Below are positions 54,291 to 64,000 of a DNA stretch of 64,000 bases, piece after piece. The notes under the pieces are model-generated. The model made no database searches. It saw nothing but the letters and a program-made list of their open reading frames with translations, and was not told the origin of the DNA. The first letter of the stretch is position 1; the number at the start of each line of letters is the position of its first letter. The stretch is from the human T2T-CHM13v2.0 reference genome, Homo sapiens. The translations under genes and the position numbers were made by a program. The stretch lies in assembly GCF_009914755.1 (NCBI RefSeq), contig NC_060947.1. One strand, given 5' to 3'.

Positions 54291-56472
54291 TAGAGATCAT
54301 TTTCTTTTTGTAATGTAAATATCCAGAAAGTTGGAAAACTCTAACCCTTTGAAAGGGTAAGTCTTTGTGAGGTTTTTTCCCCATTTCATTCATTTCATTC
54401 ATCTTAATAACCAACTTCTTTAAATTTCTTGGGGGATGGATAGTTTCATTTTTATTGTATGAATCTGGTACCTGACTTGTGCTTTCCACTATTTTTAATT
54501 TCTCTTTTTTCCTCTCAATGGAGCTGACTGCCCCACCCCCATGAATTTTTCTAAAATTTCTCAGTCTTCAAGAGTTAAAATGTAACTTCTCTAAAATTTA
54601 ATGTTATGTGTGTAATGTAATGTAAATTTGTTAAGCTAGAAAATGGAAATTGTGACCAAGGAATAAAAGTTGTCTATAAACATTGTATCAGTAAGTGATG
54701 TTAAAACTGTTCTAGGTTTCAAATTTGGTGAATATTTCTGGAATTCAGGGCAAAACACAAGACATTGAAGCTTATATAGTTCTCATTATCAGAAAACTGA
54801 AAGTGTTTGTTCAATCAACTAATTACTGATTACCTTCTATCAATTAGGCATGGAGAAATGTGTAAATCTAAGACACTTTTAAAAAGTCGTTCAGAGTGAA
54901 GAGAGAGGAAACAACTGAGTCAGTTTCACTACAGGTAATAAGGGCAGTGATATAAGAGAACTCAGGGTAACTTGGAATCACAAAGATGGTCATTCAAGCC
55001 AGTTTGGAGTTATGAAGCGGGCTTCCTGAAGGAAGTGGGCCTAAATTGTCTGAAAGCTGTGGCTTGCAAGCTTTAGGTTTCCCAAGAATCACCTGGAGAT
55101 CCCAGAGCTGGAACTGACTTACAAAATCGGTTTTGGGAGTGAGACTGAGGATTCTGTGCAGGTGGTCTGGTGGTCGTGGACCCTATACTGAGCAACTGGG
55201 CTTTAAAGGATGCATAAAAATTATTCAGTGGTAATTGAGATAATATCCCATTGAGATGCTCAGAACATAGAAATCTCAATTTCAAATGAGTCTGTAGTTG
55301 CTTTGGGAAAATCTGAGGTTATGAACATTGAGTGCTTATGGTTTATGTATGTTTTTATGACTTTTTTTTAACTTGGTAATAGACCTGTTAGACCTCTGTG
55401 TCTCTTTCTCCCTCCTGAATGTGTCACTAGTCCACTTAAGAGACAAGTGACTAGAGGACAGCTTGATGAAAGAGGGACTCTAATTAGTGACACAGCTAAC
55501 ACTGTGAAAGTGGAGGCATCTGCTACAGTTGCTAAATATAATTGCTAGAGAAAAGTTTATAAATATTCATTTAAATGTATTTCTCAAAGGCTCATGTTTG
55601 GAACCACAGCTGCTGGGTTGCCTAAAGAAACATAAATGTGCCACAATTAATGCATTCTTAAAGAAAGAAAAAAATGCTTTATCTTTAATGTGCAGGCATT
55701 TGAGTAAACACCATGGATCAGCAATTTCCGTAGCTACCATTTTGCATGTCATATTTATTAGATGGTGTTACTACTTATACTTTAGAAATTCGGTAGTTTC
55801 TCTGATTATGGCTTTCTAGATTTAACAGTTATAAATTTAACTTGTGCCGAGTGACTAATATACTATTTAATGTCTTGTGTGATTAAGTTTTGAGTTTCCT
55901 TGCCAGAAAATTTGGCTAAAGACTATTAAAATGAATTTCATTTTCCTTTCAAACAGAAATCTGGAAACCCCATTTCAAAATTCCAAATTTTTCTTTTCAT
56001 AAAAATAGTATTGGGTTAATCTTCCATTTTGTTCTCTTGAGATTAGTGTAGTAATAATTATTCACTGACCACTTGTACTGCAGTATGTGTCCAAATGTGA
56101 ATGAAAGGACACATTCCTGTGTCAGTCTCATGTAATCTCATATATTGAATTTGGTGGGTTTGCAGGAAGAGACATAGCAAAGAACAGAGGCAGCCTGGGA
56201 AAGCCCCCTGGTGATGTTGGCGGGTATGTAGGTGCCTGAGAATAAGAAGGAGAAACGTGGATAAAAAAATATGCAGATTTTCAAGGATAAAGTAGGCAAG
56301 ACACATCAATGACCTCATTACCAGAGGCTAGAACAAGGCACAGAGCAGACTGCAAAATGAACAGATGAGAATGAGAACTATGCAGCAACAAACAAAATGT
56401 TGTCATGGGAGCTTGATACTCATGCAAGATTTGGCCAAAGATTTGTGCCTGTGGAGGACCTAAATCTAAAGG

Positions 56473-56697
56473 AGTGGTTCTCAACTGGGGTTGATTTCTG
56501 TCCCTCAGGGAATATTTGGCAATGTCTAAAGACATTTTTGGTTGTGGTTCTCAACAGGGGGTAGGGGTTATGGAACTGGCATCTAGTGGGCAAAGGCCAG
56601 GCATGCTACTAAATGTCTTACATTGCACTGCACAGTCCCATAATAAAGAATTATCTAGCCCAAAATATCAGTTATGCTGATGGTGAGAAACCCCTCT
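56473..56697 (+). mobile_element. MER20
   Basis: agtggttctcaactggggttgattt..atttggcaatgtctaaagacatttttggttgt...ctggcatctagtggg. Confidence 0.9.
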
Positions 56698-56793
56698 CTT
56701 TAGCCAAGAGGCTAACCTGAGACAAAGATATTATTCAATGTAAGCATAGACCTCAAATGATACCTCTCAGGTGTTATTTACTAAACTGGGTGA

Positions 56794-57166
<373 letters not shown>

Positions 57167-57839
57167 TAATTAAAAATATTCTCAACCATTGTGTGTTTGA
57201 AGATATAACCATCATAGCTTTTATTAAATTCAACTGAAAACTTGCTGATATTATTTATTTTGTATCGAACATGACCAGTTTTGTTGATACTTTTCACATT
57301 TCCCTTTTCTTATTATTTTGCATTCACTTCTGAAATGTATTCCATCACAAGGGTATCCAGGTAAATCCACTACTAGGTGTGCTTTCTTTTAGCATTACAA
57401 AGAGTACCATTAAAAAAACAAAACAAAACCCAGAGTTGTTTTACTTTTTTTTTTTTTAAAGCTCAGAGTTCTATGGTGTTCTTGTCTTTTACATTACAAA
57501 GGTTGGTTTAAAGCCAGGCACATAGCAGTTAGGATGCACTGATCACACTTTCTGGTTTAGAAGCAAAAATCTTTTACAGTTATGGTGATCATTATTGAAA
57601 ATGGCATGTACAATTTAGCATTTTTAGTGTTAGTAAAATCGTTAAAATTTATATCCAGTGAAAAATGTTTAGTTCAGAATTAATGAACTTCCTATTGCCA
57701 TTTTAAGATCTGAATGCTGAAGCCATTTGAATTTTAAGGTCTCTCACGGCTGCATAAATTGGATTTCAAGTAAATGGCAAAGACATGTATGCAGTCTTGT
57801 CAGCATTAAGAAACAGATTTCCTTTATTCTGTTTTGCTC

Positions 57840-59585
57840 TGATAAGAACGTAGAGGAAAGGATAGTCTCTTCAATAAATGGTCCTGGGGAAACTGGATAT
57901 TCATATGCAGAAGAGTGAAACTAGACTGTCTATCTCTCACCATATACAAAATCAAATCAAAATGAATTAAAGACTTAAATTTAAGACCTAAAACTATAAA
58001 ACTACTAGAAGAAAACATTCAGGAAATGCCTCCAAACATTGGACTGGGCAAAGATTTTTTGAATAAGGCCTCAAAAGCGCAGACAGCCAACATAAAAATT
58101 GACAAATGGGATTACATCAAGCTAAAAAGCTTCTGCACAACAAAGGAAGCAATCAACAAAGTAAAGAGACAGCCCACGGAATGGGAGAAAATATTTGCAA
58201 ATTATTCATCCAGCAAGGGATTAACAACTAGAATATACAAGGAAGTCAAACAACTAAATAGCAAAAAAAAAAAAAAAAAACAAAAAAAACAAAAACCCAA
58301 GTAATCTGATTAAAAACTGAATAAAAATCTGAATAGACATTTCTCAAAAGAAGACATACAACTGGCCAACAAGTATATGAAAAAATGCTCAGCATCACTT
58401 ATTATCAAGGAAATGCAAATCAAAAATACGATGAGATATCATCTCACCCCAGTTAGAATGGCTATTATCAAAAGACGGAAAATAACAAATGCTGGAGAGA
58501 ATGTGGAGAAAGGGGAACACTAATATGCTGTTGGTGGGAATGTACGGTCACTGTGGAAAACAGGATGGAGGTTCCTCAATAAGATAAAAATAGAACTACC
58601 ATATGATCCAACAATCCCACTGCTGGGTATTTATTTAAAAGAAAGGAAATCAGCATATCAAGGAGATATCTGCACTCTCATGTTTATTGCAGCACTACTT
58701 ACAATAGTCAAGATATGGATCAACCTAAGTGCCCATCAGTGGATGAATGGATAAAGTAAATATAGTATATATACTCAATGGAGTATTATTCAGCCATATA
58801 AAAAGAATGAAATCTTGTCATTTGCAGCAATGCAAATGGAATTGTAGGACATTATGTTAAGTGAAATAAGCTAGACACAGAAAGACAAATAATACATTTT
58901 CTCATTCATATGTGGGAGCTGACCAGCTGAGGCAGCTCACATCTATAATCCCAGCACTTTGGGAGGCTAAGATGGGAGAATCGCTTGAATTCAGAAGCTC
59001 AAGACCAGCCTAGGCAACACAGTGAGACACTGTCTCTACAAAAAATGAAAAATTAGCCGAGTGTGGTGGTGCATGCCTGTGGTCCTAGCTACTTGGGAGG
59101 CTGAGATCGGAGGATTGCTTCACTCGGGAAGTCAAGGCTACAGTAAGCCATGATCCTTCTACTACACTCCAGCCTGGGTGACAGAGCAAGACTCTGTCTC
59201 AAAACAAACAAACAAGCAAACAAACAAAACATATGTGGAAGCTAAGAAAATTGACCTCATGGAGGTAGAGAGTAGAATGGTGGTTACCAGAGGCTGGGAA
59301 GGGTAGGAGATGGAGATGAAGACGAGTTAGTTAGTGGATACAAAAATACAGTTAGGTAGAATGAATAAGTTCCAGTGTTTGATAGTGCAATAGGGTGTCT
59401 ATAGTTAACAATAATTTATTGTATATTTGCAAATAGCTAAAAGAAAAGATTTGGAATGTTCCCAACACAGAGAAATGATAAATGTTGCAGGCAAAAAATA
59501 TTTTAATTACCCAGATTCGATCATTATAAATGCACAGCTTTATGTATCCATAAAAATTAAAAAGAAAAAATAATTAAAAAAAAAA
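57840..59585 (+). mobile_element. 5'-truncated L1 (L1MA-like): ORF2 3' end, 3' UTR and A tail
   Basis: ORF 58026-58304 encodes L1 ORF2p C-terminal sequence ([27 protein letters not shown]); frames disrupted; L1MA-type 3' UTR. Confidence 0.93.
58921..59229 (+). mobile_element. AluJ inserted in the L1 3' end
   Basis: Diverged dimer with (CAAA)n tail; TSD catatgtgg(g/a)agct at 58907-58920 and 59230-59243. Confidence 0.9.
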
Positions 59586-59774
59586 CATAGGGGAAAGCAC
59601 CGGGAATTTTTAGATGAAATGACGACAATTTCAAAGGTATAAGTTTTTTGTCACTTTTGATTGTCTTTTTTGGAAAAATCAGAGTTGTTTGGGATGAGAA
59701 CACAATTCTGTTCAGTTAGCTTTCCAAATATTGATGTAAGTTTCCCCAAAGCCTACACTGTGTCCCTTGTCCCT

Positions 59775-59913
59775 TCATTGACACATTGTCTATGGTTGCT
59801 TTCAGGCTGCAAAGACAGAGTTGAATAGTTGCCACAGAGACCCGATGGCCTGAAAAGCTGAAAGTATTTACTGCCTGAGCCTTTATAGATAAAGACTGCC
59901 AACCCTTGGTCTA
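59775..59913 (+). mobile_element. MER58A fragment
   Basis: cattgtctatggttgctttcaggctgc..cagagttgaatagttg...aaagactgccaacccttg. Confidence 0.75.
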
Positions 59914-60007
59914 GATTAGTAATGCCACCGTGGAAAAGAGTTGTTCTTCCCTGTCTTGCATGCAGGCAGTATTTTTCAGAATGCATTATAGTACTTGTTC
60001 TCATACG

Positions 60008-60168
60008 CAGCTGCATTTTGCAATTATCTGGAAAGTTTTAGAAAGTCCTAATGCCTGGACCCACCCCCAGGGATTCTGATGTAATTAGTATAGAGGAGGC
60101 CCTGGACACCAGGATGTTTAAAAACGACCCAGGTGGTTCCCATGTGTAGCCAACTTTGAGAACCATTG
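60008..60168. mobile_element. MER5B-like MITE
   Basis: aatgcctggacccacccccagggattctgatgtaatt...ttgagaaccattg. Confidence 0.75.
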
Positions 60169-62000
60169 CCTTATGTTGCTACACACTCCGGTAAGGGAAG
60201 ATAGTTTCTCCCCACAGGCTGGATCTGCCCCCAAGTAGCATCGCGAGTATCATTCTTACCTGCAAGTTCCAGTGACATAATGCTTGAGGCAGGCTGTCCC
60301 CAGACTTAGTGGAAAGAGGACAGGCTTGGGAATAGCAGCCCATCTTCAAACCTTAAGTTTCTTTAAACTTCCTCAGGAATGTAGCAAGAAATGAGACTAC
60401 CACTGTAAAATGCATTGAGTCTCCAGACTTAGATGAATGTAAAACCCAAGGGCTTCTATTGTCTATGGTTTCAGTGCTTTCCTTGGCTCTCTGGTGCCTA
60501 TTTTTATCACTGAACAATAAAAATAAAATCTATTGGCAATGTTTCTCTTAGTTATCTTCCATTCAAATGTCAAGGGAAGATGATCTGAAGTTCTGGAAGT
60601 ATGGCCATGGTCGATTTCTTTTTCTGCATGGTTTAGGAACTAAGGATTATTTCAGTAATAATCCTATTTCTGAAAACCTGCCACATCATGTTACTTTGCA
60701 GCTCTGTGCGTGGCTGTCATTGTAAACACTGTTTAGAGAACCTTTATCAGCATTTATAAAGCATTTAGTATAATTTGCTGTGAAACCACTGGTGTTTTTT
60801 TAGCTTAATAGAGTCAGCACATATGGAGTATTTGGAAGATAGCAGTTTACATCCTATAAAATGACTTTTGAGTCTAAAGCACTTTTATCTCAGCCATTTA
60901 AAATGATTGATTAGTTAATTTACACTGCCAGGTACTGTTCTCATTTTACAAATGAGGGAAATGAGGCAAAAAGAGGACAGGGGACTTCTTCAAGGCCACG
61001 CAGCAAGGTAGGGGCAATTGAAAACTGGAACTCCCCAGGCTGAGCTCTCCTATCTAATATTTCCCTCTGGTGCAGGAGAGTAAAAATGCAAGTCTCTAAA
61101 CCCCAGCAGTCTACATCCTGAATGCAAAGCACCCCCAGCAGATGCTTATAGTAAAACACATGACCGAATCGCTGCTCCTTGCTTGAGGAAAACTTCTGCA
61201 AACTTTATTATTATATTTTGCTTGAAATGGTGTAAACACAAATAGATCCATTGAGAAACAGACATTTTGCTTTTTAAAATTAAACTGGGACTCCAGGTAG
61301 GTAGCATCATCCATAGAACAGTTAGGAGTTCATTTCACCAGTGTTCTAAAGGGGCAGGTGATAATCAGCATATGCTTTCTTAATGGCATGGTTTAGCATG
61401 TGGTTATGTTGTTTATTTAATTCAGAAGTCTTTTAAAAGCGATACTGTAAAATGTGACTAGCCAGAAGACAAGGAAAACAGGAATGTTCCCAACTTAATC
61501 AACTGTACCTGGAAAGAATAACTAAAAACTGAAAAAAAAATCCTTATTAGGAGTTTATTAAAATTTTTAATTTGCAGCCTAAGTACCAACAGAGAAACTT
61601 TGTCCTGTACAGTGTAATCAGATTTAATATTCATGACACTGACCCCAAGGCAAAGCTAGACTCAGTTATCAAACAAGATTCACTTTTCTCTATATACTTT
61701 CTAAGGCAGCAGAATACATTTTTTAAATTGTAGAAAATATTCCATAATCATGGCTAAGCCAGATCTACTCATCAAAAATTTCAGCTAATTGAGTTTATTG
61801 CTTTGACACTTTAAATATAAGGAGACTTGGCTTGAGATAACAAATGTATCCAGCAATGTATGTCCTGGAGAACAAATTTTTGTAAAATTATACCTTTTGC
61901 TCACTTATTGGGTGGCTAAGAGTTTTCATAGCAGAGTCATACCTGATAAAGAAGTGGATTGTCTCATTTATAAATTATAAACCTAGTGGGTAGACGTATA

Positions 62001-62349
62001 CAGATGGTCCCCAACTTATGATATTTTGACTTAGGATTTTTTGACTTTACTGTGGTGGGAAAGTGATATGCATTCAATTACCCACACAATCATTTTATTT
62101 TTTACTTTCAGTACAATATTCAATAAATTACATGAGATATTCAACACCTTACTATAAAATAGGCTTTATGTTAGATGATGTTGCCCAACTGTAGGCTAAT
62201 GTAAGTGTTGTGAGCACATTTAAAGTAGGCTAAGCTAAGCTATGATGTTCAGTAGGTTAGATGTACCGAATGCATTTTCGACTTAAGATATTTACAACTT
62301 ACAATGCGTTTATTGGGATCTAACCTCATTGTAAGTCTAAGAGTGTCTG
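62001..62349 (-). mobile_element. MER47A-like Tigger MITE
   Basis: TA-flanked TIRs cagatggtccccaacttatgat ... cattgtaagtctaagagtgtctg; opposite orientation to the 7488 copy. Confidence 0.88.
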
Positions 62350-63029
62350 TACATTTATGTTAATTAAGATTTTATCATTACCTGATCTCTGTCCTCATGA
62401 AGCTTACAAGTTGGGGGAGTTTAGTGACAAGCAGGAACCAACTAAGTAAGTCCAGGTGTGGTTAATGCTATAAAGAAGCATCAGACAGACCTTAGGAAGC
62501 AGCATATCTGCTGGGCTCACTCTTCACACTTGTATAAATTCAATCAGTGAGGAAACTGTGAACTCAGATGGATTGACACCATCTGTTACTCAAGGCACAG
62601 CACGTTCACATCAGTTCCCTTTGCCCCCTAAGTTCTGCAGGGTGATGTGGAAGGGGGCCTGGGTAGATGCTGTGCAGTCAGTGGGTTTGTGTCAGAGCTG
62701 AGAAACACTGAGTTGAGAAAACTCCCAGTTGTATATGGGGTCTGCTAGCAAACTTGCCCATCTTCCCCTCCAGAGAGAGATCTCATTATTAACTTGGAAT
62801 ATAAGCAGATCTTCTCTGGGGATTGGAAGGAGAATGAAAAGGGAGGAATCTCTGCCTTCTCTATCCTGGTCAGGAAACAAATCTGTGACCCAGGACTATA
62901 CTATCTCTAGCTTCCAAGGCCATTTGCTATTGAAACATCCTTGTACAAAGCTATCAGTACTCTTCACTCAGAGAACATGCAGAAACATCTGAATTATCTC
63001 CCAACAAGGAAATAAGTGATGTGATACAA

Positions 63030-63345
63030 GGTAATTGAAGGATGTCAGGGGAATGAGAAGCTGACCCCAGAGTGGATATATGGAGAGGGGCAACTGGTCC
63101 TAGGAAGAACTGGGAAAGGGTGTTTCCAGAGGCAACAACATGAGGTGGATGATGTGCTTGGTGTGTTCAAGGGATGCCAAGAAGAGCAGCATGGCAGGAG
63201 CTGCATGGGCAAGCAGAAAGGTAGCTGGGGCAAATTTGGGAGGGTACAGGAGCCAGGTCATTCAGGGCCTTGTAGGTCGTAGTTTGAGTTGGGAGTTCAT
63301 CAGAAGAGTGATGGGAAACCTGTGCTGCTCTGTAAGGCATGAGTG
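63030..63345 (-). mobile_element. L2 fragment
   Basis: gtgtttccagaggcaacaacatg..tgcttggtgtgttcaagg...caggtcattcagggccttgtaggtc. Confidence 0.65.
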
Positions 63346-63346
63346 A

Positions 63347-63760
63347 CCTGTATTTTCAAATTACAGCTCCAAACCATGTAGTGGGTAAGTCAGTCAATTT
63401 TGCTGGTCATACGTAGCATTTCATTTTTAAATAATGAGATAGAATAAGACAGAAGATATCAGTGCCTTTTATGTAGTGGAATGCCTTATATAAATATTGT
63501 TTCATGAAACTTTCATTTATTATCAAATTTCAATATTAACTTTTATTAATTAACATTAGTTATATATTATATAATTAATTAGAATTGATGTTAATTAATA
63601 TTGACATTTTTCCCATGTTGACATCTCTTCTAAAGTCAAGATGGGTCTCACAATCAATAGTATCTAAAGTTTGATGAACTATGCTATGAACGTTTTATAT
63701 GTGCATGTGTGAAGTGTATTGCTATGTGGTATTTATTTCTGAGTATGGGTCACAGTCACT
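63347..63760. mobile_element. Old hAT-Charlie MITE with a nested MER104-like (Tc2) element at ~63515-63686
   Basis: tattttcaaa..tagtggg..tattgtttcatgaaactt interrupted by acatctc..gatgggtctcacaatcaatagtatctaaagtttgatgaactatg. Confidence 0.5.
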
Positions 63761-64000
63761 ATTTTACCTTCAAAGGCCTAGTTATGGTAGCAAGGTTGGG
63801 GCAGCCTGGGGAAAGTGGAATACCACCTAGAATTGGATGCCCCCATTCTGGGTGGGGTAATTGAGAGAAGATATAAGTAGCCTTGGGCTCTGGAAGCAAA
63901 TAGAGTTGTTTCACTGGCCAACTATACCAGACAAGTGTGATCAAGCCATCAGAGTCAGACATTGACAATCAGATGTAATGGGGCTGGAAGAATACCCTGT

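Noticed and set aside
58026-58304. Protein-like 92-aa ORF
   Set aside because: Remnant of L1 ORF2p in a truncated, disrupted L1.

Overview
Primate, most likely human, non-coding genomic DNA (AT-rich, CpG-depleted, intronic or intergenic). It is dominated by interspersed repeats: Alu (J, S, Y and one AluYa5-like copy), L1M and L2 fragments, MIRs, MaLR/ERV solo LTRs including a complete solo LTR7 (HERV-H), and many hAT/TcMar MITEs. Repeat subfamily names come from my recall of consensus sequences and need RepeatMasker/Dfam confirmation. I cannot support any intact protein-coding gene, RNA gene or CRISPR array. The ORF track is explained by chance ORFs, Alu translations and one L1 ORF2 remnant. 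I cannot name the locus and see no convincing novel multi-gene system. The best leads are: a solo LTR7 with a duplicated SOX-type motif and a possible downstream minus-strand exon; a templated insertion bounded by an 18-bp inverted repeat; a tiny retroposed polyadenylated fragment; an LTR-seeded minisatellite; a perfect ERE; a 15-bp palindrome; a candidate enhancer; and a recursive-splice-like motif.
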